Source: Armatimonadota bacterium (GTDB taxonomy: Bacteria; Armatimonadota; UBA5829; DTJY01). From it: DNA of 64,000 nucleotides. Below are positions 20,785 through 30,789 of the stretch, one piece after another; positions within the stretch are counted from its first letter, which is position 1; each line of letters begins with the position of its first letter. The translations under genes and the position numbers were made by a program. The stretch spans positions 1,457,319-1,521,318 of the forward strand of contig OY760504.1 in assembly GCA_963663705.1 (NCBI GenBank), written 5' to 3'. The notes beneath the pieces were generated by a model, which saw only the letters and a program-made list of their open reading frames with translations, was not told the DNA's origin and did not search any database.

Positions 20785-20875
20785 CATTTCAGTTGCTTGG
20801 ATGTAGTCTGCACACCCGGACATTGTGGAAGCAATGCCAAATAATAAGGCGATATAAGCTTTCTTGAGGGTGAAT

Positions 20876-21022
20876 CTGATTCGCCCTCACCCCAACCCTC
20901 TCCCGATTTCGGGCGAGGGGGATGCCGCTTATCCCGAGTAGCCCATAGGGCATATCGAGGGACGGTACATGTCTGCCAGACTTCGGCAGCGGCGTCTTCG
21001 ACTCTGCAACCGAAGCATCAAC
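20876..21022 (-). repeat. Mosaic palindrome module E+B+A
   Basis: 20924-21022 matches 30926-31024 inverted; 20876-20962 matches 4272-4360 inverted. Confidence 0.9.
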
Positions 21023-21090
21023 AGCCTTGTATGCAAACTCTAGTGCCTCGAGCCTATACTCCTTTGGAATGTGCTTAATCGTCGAAAATA

Positions 21091-21759
21091 TTATCGAAAT
21101 AAAGATGATGCAGCCCCAGGTTGTTGTATATCTTTGCATTGAGTATCACCTGAGTTTGTGACCACTACCCCTAAATTTCGCGTTCCTTCTAAAAGCTCCT
21201 GTAGCTGCTCCCTAATGGCCTTCTGCTCCTCTAACTCCTGGGGGTCGCTTACTGGAAGGCTTTGAATATCCATCTTCAGGTTTGTGTCACCTTGAAGAAG
21301 TCGAATGAGCCCATCCCTAATCAATAAGTTCTCACGTTCAATTTGGGCATGTGCCACTGGAGAATAAATCGCCCGCTTAACGTGCACCGTATCAAAGTCG
21401 TAACCTAGCGACTGACCCATCTCTATTAATAGCTTGTTAAGAAGTTCAACGTTTTCTGCTTGCCAGCTGGGTTGTTGCTTTTCATCATTATCTGGATAGT
21501 GATTTAGATGGTCACGGTAAGTCTTCCAAGCGTCTGTTATTTTCTTATACTTGTTACCATAATATTCTAGATCAATCATGTTTAGTGCTTGAACGTGGTC
21601 ACGGGATATCACATCAGCACGAGTAGCCATTAACGTCTTGAAGACGTTCAACCGTCTGTCTCTATCTTCACGGTAACGTTCCAGATACTTCTGCACTTGA
21701 ACTGCAATTAGAGGTGCAAGGAGCACCGATAAGATCATCAACCAATCGGCAATCTTCAT
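21091..21759 (-). CDS. DUF6680-like protein, AT-rich
   Basis: PLIAVQV..RRLNVFKTLMATR..HVQALNMIDLEY pattern. Confidence 0.7.
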   Translation of the reverse strand: MKIADWLMILSVLLAPLIAVQVQKYLERYREDRDRRLNVFKTLMATRADVISRDHVQALNMIDLEYYGNKYKKITDAWKTYRDHLNHYPDNDEKQQPSWQAENVELLNKLLIEMGQSLGYDFDTVHVKRAIYSPVAHAQIERENLLIRDGLIRLLQGDTNLKMDIQSLPVSDPQELEEQKAIREQLQELLEGTRNLGVVVTNSGDTQCKDIQQPGAASSLFR

Positions 21760-21831
21760 ATCTTTGAATCCCCATTTCAGCTTACAAAGGTACCATTCGA
21801 TAATTCTGTCTTTATTTGAGCTACTATCGAT

Positions 21832-21860
21832 ATTGTACAGCCGAAATGACTATCTGTCAA
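21832..21860 (-). promoter_or_regulatory. sigma70 promoter of DUF6680-like gene
   Basis: TTGACA-17-TACAAT on - strand. Confidence 0.7.
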
Positions 21861-21959
21861 TTTGCAAGCACAATTCTAGTGAGCAGACTATTGATAACTT
21901 TACAGGCAATGTCCATATGAAATGGTTCCAGAGCCAAGATTCGTACCCTTGATACCGGG

Positions 21960-23309
21960 CTACGAACTCCGCTTGATGATCTCCCGTGCCGCCACGACTC
22001 CCGATGCGGATGCCTGCACCAGCCCGCGCGTGACCCCTGCCCCGTCACCTATCGTAAATAGATTCGCGATCTCCGTCTCAAGCGATGGTGTCAGCCTGAG
22101 CCGTGACGAGTAGAACTTGACCTCGACCCCGTACAGCAGCGTGTGCCGTGAAGCCACGCCGGGCGCAATCCTGTCCATCGCCTCGAGCATCTCCATAATA
22201 CCCACAAGATGCCTGTATGGCAGGACGAAGCTGAGGTCTCCGGGCGTCGCAGTCTTAAGCGTCGGGTCGACTAGACCGTGCTCGATGCGCGACCATGTCG
22301 ATCGTCGTCCGGCCTTAAGATCGCCCAGTCGCTGCACGATCACACTGCCGCTCAGAAGATTTGAAAGCGATGCGATGTATCTGCCGTAAATGATCGGCTC
22401 GCGGAAAGGCTCGGTGAAGGTGGTCGATACCAGCAGGGCGAAGTTGGTGTTACCGGTCTTCTTGTATGCGTAACTGTGCCCGTTGACCGTCGTGACGCCA
22501 TCGTTATACTCCATAACGACCTCGCCGTTCGGGCAGACGCAGAAGGTTCGAACTCTGTCATCGAACGAAGGGGTATACAGGATCAGTTTGGGCTCGTAGA
22601 TGGCATCAGTGAGCTCCTGAAGGATCGGCGCTGGGAGTTCCACCCTCACGCCTACATCGACCGGATTGGTGACGGTCTCGAGGTCCAATCGGCGGGCCTC
22701 TTCGAGAAGCCAGTCAGCACCCTCTCGGCCGGGAGCCACTATGACGTAGTTCGCGCGGATGAACTGGCCGTCGTTCATCTCTACACCGGTCACACGGCCT
22801 TCATGGATTTGTATCCTGCTGACAGCCCGCTCGGTGATGATATCCGTGTTCCGCTCGATGGCGGCATGCAGACCGCGAAGGAGTTCCGGCCACTGGTCGG
22901 TTCCAACATGGCGGATTGCTGATGGAATGAGCTTGAGATCAGCGAGGGTGGCCTGACGTGCTATGCGGCTGACCACATCCTCGTTCGTGCCGTAGACCTT
23001 CGCAGGCGCCCCGAAATCGACGTAGATACGATCGACGTATCGAATGAGGCGTTCAACCTCCTCATCCGGCATGTATGACGTGAGCTGGCCGCCGACTGAG
23101 GTAGAGAGCGTGAGTTTGCCGTCTGAGAAGGCTCCTGCGCCGCCCCACCCGCACAGCAGTGATCTGGGGACCGCCTTCACACGCTTCTCGATATCTGCGC
23201 CCTTATCAATGATGACAGCCTTGAGGCCCTCGATTTTCGAGAGCTCCAAGGCTGCGAATATTCCTGCCGGCCCTGCGCCGACTATTACTACATCATACTG
23301 CGCATCCAT
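21960..23309 (-). CDS. FAD-dependent oxidoreductase
   Basis: GAGPAG, GGAGAFSDGKL, RTFCVCPNG, NGHS, GDGAGVTRGL. Confidence 0.9.
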   Translation of the reverse strand: MDAQYDVVIVGAGPAGIFAALELSKIEGLKAVIIDKGADIEKRVKAVPRSLLCGWGGAGAFSDGKLTLSTSVGGQLTSYMPDEEVERLIRYVDRIYVDFGAPAKVYGTNEDVVSRIARQATLADLKLIPSAIRHVGTDQWPELLRGLHAAIERNTDIITERAVSRIQIHEGRVTGVEMNDGQFIRANYVIVAPGREGADWLLEEARRLDLETVTNPVDVGVRVELPAPILQELTDAIYEPKLILYTPSFDDRVRTFCVCPNGEVVMEYNDGVTTVNGHSYAYKKTGNTNFALLVSTTFTEPFREPIIYGRYIASLSNLLSGSVIVQRLGDLKAGRRSTWSRIEHGLVDPTLKTATPGDLSFVLPYRHLVGIMEMLEAMDRIAPGVASRHTLLYGVEVKFYSSRLRLTPSLETEIANLFTIGDGAGVTRGLVQASASGVVAAREIIKRSS

Positions 23310-23356
23310 GCTTCCACCTCAAGATTGCTCTGTACCCCGGAGATGGAAGGATCAAG

Positions 23357-23803
23357 CTAAGCTTCTATCTTTACCTTGATAGCGCTCAGCATGTTGTCGA
23401 TGTTTTGCTGCATCTTCCGCGCCACCAGCGCCTTGATCATCGGGCCGATCAGCGGAATATCGTACTCAAAATCGATGACCGAGCTGAATTTGATGCCGCC
23501 ATCTACCGACTCGAATGTCCACACTCCAGAGTAGCTCTTGAAATCGCCTTTGACCAGGCTGAAATTGGAGGTTCTGGTCGCAGGGTCCCATACTTCTTCT
23601 TCTACCCATTTGATGGTGGTCTTGAACTCTTTGACGATTGAGACAAACTCGGTCTTCTGAATATTGCCGTCCGAACTTTTTTCGAGGATGGTGACAGTCT
23701 TGACGTCCGGCATGAACTCGGGGAATGCCTCAACGTTCTTTGCCGTGTTAAAAACTGTATCCATATCTCCGTTGATGATTACTGAACTCTGTATTGTTGG
23801 CAC
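23357..23803 (-). CDS. SRPBCC/polyketide cyclase family protein
   Basis: NVEAFPEFMPDVK, GDFKSYSGVWTF. Confidence 0.85.
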   Translation of the reverse strand: MPTIQSSVIINGDMDTVFNTAKNVEAFPEFMPDVKTVTILEKSSDGNIQKTEFVSIVKEFKTTIKWVEEEVWDPATRTSNFSLVKGDFKSYSGVWTFESVDGGIKFSSVIDFEYDIPLIGPMIKALVARKMQQNIDNMLSAIKVKIEA

Positions 23804-23844
23804 TAATTTCTCCTCATTATTAGGGGCCGATGGAACCTGGTCCC

Positions 23845-24459
23845 CTAGAACTTTCTTACAAGACCAACGACCTTGCCGATGATCTGGCAGTCATCGCATA
23901 TGATCGGGGCCATAGTGGAATTTGCCGGTTGAAGACGGACTTTACCGTTCTCCCTGTAGAAATGCTTGACCGTCGCTTCGCTTTCGATGAGCGCGACCAC
24001 GGTTTCGCCGTTCACGGCATCGCTCTGCCTGCGAACTACTACCAGGTCGCCCTCGCGTATGCCGTCATCGATCATGCTGTCACCTTTTACGCGAAGCATG
24101 AAGCCCTCGGCGCCCGCTAGGAAATCGTGCGGCACAGGATAAAGCTCCTCGTAGTCCTCTATGGCGAGAAGCGGCTTACCGGCGGCGACAGTACCCACCA
24201 CTGGTATATTCATCACCCGTTTCGGTTTCACCTCGCGCTCCGTGCCGGGGAGCAGCTTGATCGCACGGGTCAGCACCGCGTCTCGCTTGATCAGGCCGGA
24301 CTCCTCCAGACTGCGAAGGTGCGCGTGGACCGTCGAACTCGAGCTGAGGTTCACCGCCTCGCCGATCTCGCGGACCGTGGGTGGATAGCCTTTCATTTCT
24401 ATGTGCTGCAGAATAAAATGAAGAATCTGCCGTTGACGGGGTGTCATTTCTTTAGTCAT
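23845..24459 (-). CDS. lexA: SOS repressor LexA
   Basis: YPPTVREIGEAV..SSSTVHAHL, VAAG cleavage site, GDSM, ATVK; ATG 24459 after GGAGG. Confidence 0.96.
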   Translation of the reverse strand: MTKEMTPRQRQILHFILQHIEMKGYPPTVREIGEAVNLSSSSTVHAHLRSLEESGLIKRDAVLTRAIKLLPGTEREVKPKRVMNIPVVGTVAAGKPLLAIEDYEELYPVPHDFLAGAEGFMLRVKGDSMIDDGIREGDLVVVRRQSDAVNGETVVALIESEATVKHFYRENGKVRLQPANSTMAPIICDDCQIIGKVVGLVRKF

Positions 24460-24611
24460 CCCGACCATCCTCCGAAAATCAATCTTTTCCAAAAAGTCCG
24501 AATGTCTTCTCGTATAGCAGAGAGCGCCATCGGGCTTCGGGAGCAAGCTACCGAAGATACCTTAAATGCTTACCTTATGTGAGCGTATTTCAAAAAGTCG
24601 ATTAGGGGTAG

Positions 24612-24952
24612 TGCCTGATCTACCAATCCCCTCACCCCTGCCCTCTCCCGCATGCGGGCGAGGGAGATGTCTGTTTCCATTACTTCGGCTGTTAAGAAAA
24701 GTGGTGCTGCCGAAGCAACCGATATGTATATCAGATAGTGCCGAATGTCATCCTGAGCGAAGAGAAGGATCTTCTCGTATCTCAGAAGGATGCCTGATCT
24801 GCCAATCTCCTCACCCCTGCTCTCTACCGCATGCGGGCGAGGGAGATGTCTGTTCCCTTTACTTCGGCGGTTAAGCAAAGTGGCGCTACCGAAGCAACCG
24901 ATATGTAGGTTAGATAGTGCCAAATGTCATCCTGAGGGGAGTGAAGGATCTT
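24612..24952. repeat. Tandem duplication, 179-bp period, each unit A+E+C
   Basis: 24612-24773 vs 24791-24952 colinear with scattered substitutions. Confidence 0.92.
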
Positions 24953-25053
24953 TTAACTCTACAGACAGATTCCTCGCATGCTCGGAGAGACATATCATAA
25001 CTCATCAACTAATAATTGCCAATGCAGGATAAATGAACGGAATTAAAATAAGG

Positions 25054-25089
25054 CCCTCACCCCAACCCTCTCCCGAAAACGGGCGAGGG
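25054..25089 (+). repeat. A-family palindrome
   Basis: CCCTCACCCCAACCCTCTCCCG-AAAA-CGGGCGAGGG. Confidence 0.85.
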
Positions 25090-25201
25090 AGAACAGGAAC
25101 GGAGCCGCAACCCACATGCGCACATTCGCCACGCTAAAGCCGATCCCATACCGAAAGGATGTTCCCTTGTTGTTCGAATGGGCGGGTTTACCCGCCACTG
25201 C

Positions 25202-25320
25202 GACTGATGTTAAAACATCAGTCTAACTTCTATCAAGCAACCTGAAGGTAGCTCACTTAATCAATAAGCTTGCTTCAGCATGCTTCGGAAAGCCCAGCCT
25301 CGTCATTCATGGCGAGGCCC
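25202..25320. repeat. D-family REPIN-like element
   Basis: GACTGATGT-TAAA-ACATCAGTC ... AGCTTGCTTCAGCATGCTTCG ... CCTCGTCA-TTCA-TGGCGAGG; same architecture as 28091-28220. Confidence 0.8.
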
Positions 25321-25353
25321 AAAACAAAAGGGGCGAACCTATGGCCCGCCCCT
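25321..25353 (-). terminator. Probable intrinsic terminator of gyrA
   Basis: AGGGGCGGGCC-ATA-GGTTCGCCCCT followed by TTTGTTTT on - strand. Confidence 0.7.
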
Positions 25354-25363
25354 GATTTATACT

Positions 25364-27823
25364 CTATTCGGTTTCAGTCTCTTCTTCGGTTTCAGTCGCC
25401 TTGGGCACTATGGCTACCGATACCACGGAATCGCCATCCTGAAGATTGATCATCCTCACGCCCTTGGTGCTTCGACCGCAGCTTCGGACTTCATCCAGTT
25501 TCATGCGAATGGCTATTCCATTCGATGTAAGGATTATCGCTCGATCGTCGGCACAGACAACGTCTCCGCAGATGATCGGACCGCCCTTCGGATTGACATC
25601 CATCGTTATGATGCCCTTGCCGCCGCGAGTCTGAACGCGGTATTCGTTCACCGGTGTGCGCTTGCCCATGCCCTTCTCTGTAACTACCAGAAGTTCACAG
25701 TCATCGCGCGCGAGGTCCATACTCACGACATAATCATCCTCTTTGCCGAGGGTGATTCCACGTACGCCGCCGGATGCCCGGCTTGCGATGCGGAGGTTCG
25801 TCTCGGAGAACCGGATGGACATACCCATTCGGGTGACCATCATTATGTCGTCATTGCCGCTCGTCACTCGTACCCATTTAAGAGCATCGCCCTCTTCAAG
25901 GTCGAAGGCACGCAGGCCGTTCGTTCGCAGGTTATGGAAGTCGCTGAGTGCGGTCCTCTTCACCTCGCCGAGCATTGTGGCCATGACGAAGTAGCCCTCA
26001 ACATCCATATCCTTGATCGGAACAGTCGCGGTGATGGATTCACCCGGCTCGATCTGGATCAGGTTGATGATCGCAGTGCCCATCGCCTGACGCGAAGTCT
26101 GAGGCACCTCGTAGGCCTTCAGTCGATACACACGGCCCTTATCCGTGAAGAAGAGGATGAAGTGATGCGTGGTAGCAACAAAGATGTGCTCCAGCTTGTC
26201 CTCTTCCTTGGAGTTGGCCGCGATTACGCCTCGCCCACCGCGTTTCTGCGTCCTGTAGGTGTCGATCGGCACTCGCTTGATGTACCCGTCGCGGGTGATC
26301 GTGACGATCGTCTCTTCCTCAGGAATAGTATCTTCTTCACCGATCTCCTCGGCTTCCATCGCGATGATTCTGGACTTTCGGTCGTCGCCCAGCTTGTCTC
26401 TCAGCGTGCGCAGTTCCTGCTTGATGATATCTCGCACGCGCTGTGGGTTGGAGAGAATATCTTCCAGATATGCGATGGTCTTAAGGAGTTCACGGTACTC
26501 GTTCTCTATCTTATCTCGCTCCAGACCGGTTAACTGCCGGAGCTGCATGTTCAGAATCGCCTCTGCCTGAACCTGGCTGAGCCCGAAACGCACCATCATC
26601 TCTTTGCGTGCGGTATCGGTATTCGGCGAACTGCGTATGATCTTGATGATTTCATCCATGAACTGGAGGGCGATTCGCAAGCCTTCCAGTATATGAGCCC
26701 TGGATTTCGTCTTCTCGAGCTCGTAGCGAGTCCGTCGAACGATAATTTCCTTGCGATGGATGATATACTGCTCAAGCACCTGTTTCAGGGTTAGAACTCG
26801 AGGTGTGCCGTCCACAAGGGCCAGCATGATAACGCCGAAATTCGTTCTGAGCGGTGTGTGCTTCAGCAGATAGTTAAGCACTCGCCTCGGATGCGCATCT
26901 CTGCGCAGCTCGATTACAACCCTCATACCTGTTCGGTCGCTGTAATCGTTCAGGCCGGTGATGCCTTCAACCTTCTTAGCCTTCGCCAGTTCCGCGATGT
27001 GCTCGATCAATCTCTGTTTGTTCACCTGGAACGGCAACTCGGTGATGATAATCTCATTCTTGCCGTTGTCAGCGGGCTCGATAGTAAGCTGAGCCTGCAT
27101 CGTTACCTGACCACGACCGGTCTCGTAGGCGGATTTTATTCCCTTGGTGCCGAGTATCAAACCGGCGGTTGGGAAATCAGGGCCCTTTATGTGCTCCATC
27201 AATTCTGCGATGGTGGCATCAGGGTTGTCGATCAGGCAAATCGTTGCATCTGCGACTTCCTTCAGGTTGTGCGGCGGAATATTTGTTGCCATACCGACCG
27301 CGATACCTGCCGAGCCGTTGCAGAGCAGCTGAGGGAACTTGGCTGGCATAACCAGCGGTTCTTCGGTCGTCTGGTCGTAGTTCGGCTGCCAGTCGACAGT
27401 ATCTTTATCCAGGTCCTCCAACATCTCCATGGCATAGGGAGACATGCGCATTTCAGTATAACGCATTGCCGCCGGTGGGTCGCCGTCGATGGAACCCATG
27501 TTACCCTGCCCGTCGATGAGCGGGTACCGAGCATTGAAATCCTGCGCCATACGAACCATGGTCGGATAGATAATCTGCTCGCCGTGCGGATGGTAGTTAC
27601 CGGAGGTGTCGCCTGCGATTTTGGCTGATTTTCGATAGTGGGCGCTCGGGTTCAGATGCAGGTCATTCATCGCCATAAGGATACGGCGCTGGACCGGCTT
27701 CAGACCGTCGCGAACGTCCGGGAGCGCTCTTGCAATGATCATACTCACGGCATAGCCGAGGTACGAGCGCTTCATCTCTTCTTCGATATTTACGGGTATA
27801 ATTACCTTAGCAATATCACTCAC
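25364..27823 (-). CDS. gyrA: DNA gyrase subunit A
   Basis: [23 protein letters not shown], GyrA-box QKRGGRG, acidic tail. Confidence 0.97.
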   Translation of the reverse strand: MSDIAKVIIPVNIEEEMKRSYLGYAVSMIIARALPDVRDGLKPVQRRILMAMNDLHLNPSAHYRKSAKIAGDTSGNYHPHGEQIIYPTMVRMAQDFNARYPLIDGQGNMGSIDGDPPAAMRYTEMRMSPYAMEMLEDLDKDTVDWQPNYDQTTEEPLVMPAKFPQLLCNGSAGIAVGMATNIPPHNLKEVADATICLIDNPDATIAELMEHIKGPDFPTAGLILGTKGIKSAYETGRGQVTMQAQLTIEPADNGKNEIIITELPFQVNKQRLIEHIAELAKAKKVEGITGLNDYSDRTGMRVVIELRRDAHPRRVLNYLLKHTPLRTNFGVIMLALVDGTPRVLTLKQVLEQYIIHRKEIIVRRTRYELEKTKSRAHILEGLRIALQFMDEIIKIIRSSPNTDTARKEMMVRFGLSQVQAEAILNMQLRQLTGLERDKIENEYRELLKTIAYLEDILSNPQRVRDIIKQELRTLRDKLGDDRKSRIIAMEAEEIGEEDTIPEEETIVTITRDGYIKRVPIDTYRTQKRGGRGVIAANSKEEDKLEHIFVATTHHFILFFTDKGRVYRLKAYEVPQTSRQAMGTAIINLIQIEPGESITATVPIKDMDVEGYFVMATMLGEVKRTALSDFHNLRTNGLRAFDLEEGDALKWVRVTSGNDDIMMVTRMGMSIRFSETNLRIASRASGGVRGITLGKEDDYVVSMDLARDDCELLVVTEKGMGKRTPVNEYRVQTRGGKGIITMDVNPKGGPIICGDVVCADDRAIILTSNGIAIRMKLDEVRSCGRSTKGVRMINLQDGDSVVSVAIVPKATETEEETETE

Positions 27824-27848
27824 GAATAAACCCTCGATCCCGTAATTC

Positions 27849-27897
27849 AGTACATTTGTTCTGTATAAATTATACTATTTTTGAGGTTAAATGTCAA
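27849..27897 (-). promoter_or_regulatory. gyrA promoter with candidate LexA box
   Basis: Perfect TTGACA-17-TATAAT (27897-27869); AGAAC-AAAT-GTACT at 27862-27849. Confidence 0.75.
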
Positions 27898-28090
27898 ATA
27901 ATGCGGCTGCCAATCAAGCGTGGATGGGCGATATCGAACATCGTCAGTCCAACCTGTTCTATCATTGATAAATGGAGGGACGAAAGATCTTCTTTAATGT
28001 GTGATCCGGGCATTGACACACAAAAAAGAGAACGCCCACCGAGCTATAACTCAATGATCCGTTCTCTTCCAAATAATCTTGGGTACTATA

Positions 28091-28292
28091 ACTGATGCTA
28101 AAGCATCAGTCTGATATACGAAGCATGCCGAGGCAAGCTTTTTTTGAACATGGTGAGCTCCGGTATCAGCCCGCTTCAGCGTGCTTCGATTATGATAGAC
28201 TCGCCATTTATGGTGAGTCCAACCCCATTCGACTTCGGGCGAGGGCGGTTTGTTCCGCTTATCCCGAGTAGCCCATAGGGCATATCGAGGGA
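28091..28292 (+). repeat. Composite repeat (D REPIN + linker + B), left arm of long inverted repeat
   Basis: Near-identical reverse complement of 30986-31216. Confidence 0.93.
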
Positions 28293-28312
28293 CGGCTCAG
28301 GGATTCAATAAT

Positions 28313-28365
28313 GTAGCCGCAGGCTTTATGCCTGCGATCAACGCACCCGTAAAGGGTGCGCCTAC
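28313..28365. repeat. GTAG-type REP doublet (REPIN)
   Basis: GTAG-cCGCAGGC-TTTAT-GCCTGCG ... CGCACCC-GTAAA-GGGTGCGc-CTAC. Confidence 0.8.
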
Positions 28366-28489
28366 ATCTAGTCGGCGCAGGGCAACTTCATGTTTCTGTT
28401 ACAGCGAATTTATTCGCACGGTTGTTGGAACACAGTCGCTATCCACAAACTTTCTTATAGAGCCTAATCTTGTATGTTATATTGGATGT

Positions 28490-29320
28490 CTAAAGTCTGC
28501 GAGCCCCGACATACCGCCGATTATACCCTGGCGCATTGAGCTTGTCGACACGGACTCCGCTGCGCGGATTGGACGCATGGATGAACCTGCCTTTTCCGGC
28601 GTACAGTCCTACATGCGAAACGCCGCCCCCTCTGAAGTTGAAAAAGACCATATCGCCGGGTCGAAGATCGGACTTCGATACAGGTTTGCCGCAACCGTAC
28701 ATCGCAGCGGATGAATGAGGAAGGCTTATGCCCTTGCTCGCGTAAACGTATTTCACGAAACCGGAGCAGTCGAAGCCGGACGCGGAAATTCCGCCGCTCC
28801 TGTATCTGGCACCACGATACGAAAACGCGGTTCGGACGACATCGCTCTTAACCGACCACCTGTCGCTCACGGCCAGCGGCTTTCGAGCGTCTTCAAGGGA
28901 TACCACGTCGTCGGAGACGAACCCTGTTCTGCCATCAGACAGGCGCACCTTGAATCTGCCGCCATCTCTGCCGATGATCGCAACCATGTCACCTCTGTGC
29001 AGAGTCGCGACCGTCTCTCCGCCCTGTTTGGCTTCGACTCGACGGCGCAACACTCGACCGTAGGTGGTGGGATGACTATCTTGTGATGCGGCTTCGGTGG
29101 AAGGTACACGGAGGGTCTGTCCGCTCCTGATATTGGAGGAGTCCAACCCGTTCGCGCCTTGCAACGCCGAAACGCTGGTATGAAATTTCTTTGCAACTCG
29201 GTATAGAGTCTCGCCTTTGCAGACTACGTAAGTCTGTGCCGCAAAACTCCATTCTGCGAACAACAGCACTGCCGTTGCTGCCAAGCCGATCCGCAGGGTG
29301 AGGTTGGCGTTTCTCTTCAA
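28490..29320 (-). CDS. LysM/SH3/NlpC-P60 peptidoglycan endopeptidase
   Basis: Signal peptide, LysM (YVVCKGETLYRVA), GFDCSGFV, PGDMVFF, HVGLY, FIHAS. Confidence 0.93.
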   Translation of the reverse strand: MKRNANLTLRIGLAATAVLLFAEWSFAAQTYVVCKGETLYRVAKKFHTSVSALQGANGLDSSNIRSGQTLRVPSTEAASQDSHPTTYGRVLRRRVEAKQGGETVATLHRGDMVAIIGRDGGRFKVRLSDGRTGFVSDDVVSLEDARKPLAVSDRWSVKSDVVRTAFSYRGARYRSGGISASGFDCSGFVKYVYASKGISLPHSSAAMYGCGKPVSKSDLRPGDMVFFNFRGGGVSHVGLYAGKGRFIHASNPRSGVRVDKLNAPGYNRRYVGARRL

Positions 29321-29499
29321 AACGTCTATCTCCCTTTCGGGCTTGGAGCCCTTATTTAGTGCACAATGTATGCGGCAAACACCTTATCTGGTATCTACTC
29401 TGCCATACAGCACATGTATATCTTACCTAAATTCAGGATAGAAGTCAACCATGCGAATGGTATTCATCCTGGAGCGCTACCATATTCAGAATGAATCTG

Positions 29500-30345
29500 C
29501 TATTTTGAATTCTCTTCAGGAAGGAGCGATACCTGAGCGGTCATTGTCAAATTTGCACTCGATCGAGACGGCGATGACATGGTTATCACAACCTTGTCAT
29601 CGGCCGCCGCAACGCATCCTTTTTCTATTGCGAAAGAGGCTTTAGTATTCTGGACAACTCTCATTGTCATGCTGCCTGCAGCAGATCCATCCGTGGAATT
29701 TGTTTTCGGATTACCGGTCTCGTCTCCGGTAGTGACGATGATGGCTATCGGAGTCCCACCTGCCTTCGTATCTATGCTAACCAGTTTGGTCACAGCTTTC
29801 GGCGAACTAGATATGCCTAAACTGTCGGAAGGCTCTTCCCAGGTTTCACCGATGTTGAGCTTTCTGTCCGGGTACTCACGAAATATAGATGTGAGAGTGC
29901 TGTATACATACGTACCCATAGATTCTCGGCTGTGACCTGTACCTGTCTGAGTAGTTTTGGATATTTCGACATGCCCGGCATTCTTCAGCACAGTTTTCGC
30001 GTCCCGTATCACGCCGTTCTTCGAAACCTGAAAAATGATCGGCGCAACAGAATCGGCAGAGATATCCTTAGTTTTACCTGCATATCGCAAAGTTCCCTTT
30101 TCGTATGCCGCTCTGATCTCGGCATCCCCGTTTTGAAGCAGCTTTGCGACTCGCAGCCTCAGAATACCTTCGATGACCATAGGTGAATCGGAATCGTAGG
30201 AAAATTTTTCGGACACCTTATAACGCAACAATTCCCCAAGCGTGAACTTATACTCGAGTTTCGCTCCATCCTGAGCCCATACTTGCCCTGCAATAAGTCC
30301 CAGTGTTAGACACGCCAAAACGCTGCATATAAATCGACTGCTCAT
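29500..30345 (-). CDS. Hypothetical secreted protein
   Basis: Signal peptide (VWA-Q), LEYKF..G..LRYKV and P..IGETWE patterns, beta-rich. Confidence 0.75.
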   Translation of the reverse strand: MSSRFICSVLACLTLGLIAGQVWAQDGAKLEYKFTLGELLRYKVSEKFSYDSDSPMVIEGILRLRVAKLLQNGDAEIRAAYEKGTLRYAGKTKDISADSVAPIIFQVSKNGVIRDAKTVLKNAGHVEISKTTQTGTGHSRESMGTYVYSTLTSIFREYPDRKLNIGETWEEPSDSLGISSSPKAVTKLVSIDTKAGGTPIAIIVTTGDETGNPKTNSTDGSAAGSMTMRVVQNTKASFAIEKGCVAAADDKVVITMSSPSRSSANLTMTAQVSLLPEENSK

Positions 30346-30789
30346 ATGTTACATCCCTCGTACAAATACTTTCGACTGCTGATCCACCGATTTCCCGGCA
30401 AGATACACCGTCGGATTTGGAGCACATATTTAGCATCTATAATATCAGGCAAATGCCATATATAGAAGCTACCATTAATACGTACCAAGCTCATCTTATC
30501 CAAAGCTCAGCTGTAAGTCAATAGTACTGAACCATACTTGTCCAAAATAGGGCTAAGCACATTCAATATCGCATAACGGGATAGTTCCTGCATTCGACAT
30601 AGATTGAGCCTCGGCAGTTCCACTCTATCCGCATACCAAACGGCTCTATAAGAAAATTTGTGGATAACGACAGTGTACCAACAACCATGCGAGAAATTCG
30701 CAGCAACAGAAACATGAAATCGCCCTGCGCCGACTCAAAAATGCCCCCACTATGATGCTTGCATAATCAAAATCATAGCTGTCCAAAAT

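Noticed and set aside
20789-21139. 116-aa ORF resembling Minf_1886-family proteins (YRLEALEF...GRHV)
   Set aside because: Most of it (VDASVAESKTPLPKSGRHVPSLDMP...) is translation of the E+B+A repeat also found at 30926-31024
24499-24512. LexA box CGAATGTCTTCTCG adjacent to lexA
   Set aside because: Only 5 of 8 core positions match GAAC-N4-GTTC; too weak to call
24566-25032. ORFs over repeat clusters (also 4264-4446, 5618-6081, 28250-28714, 30646-31044, 55473-55949)
   Set aside because: They translate palindromic repeats (CHSEQSEES, PSPLPSP, ERVGVR peptides) and lack an RBS or domain
25280-27628. Long + strand ORFs antisense to gyrA (417 aa, 256 aa) and similar shadows of other genes
   Set aside because: Antisense shadow ORFs typical of GC-rich codon usage; no recognisable motifs
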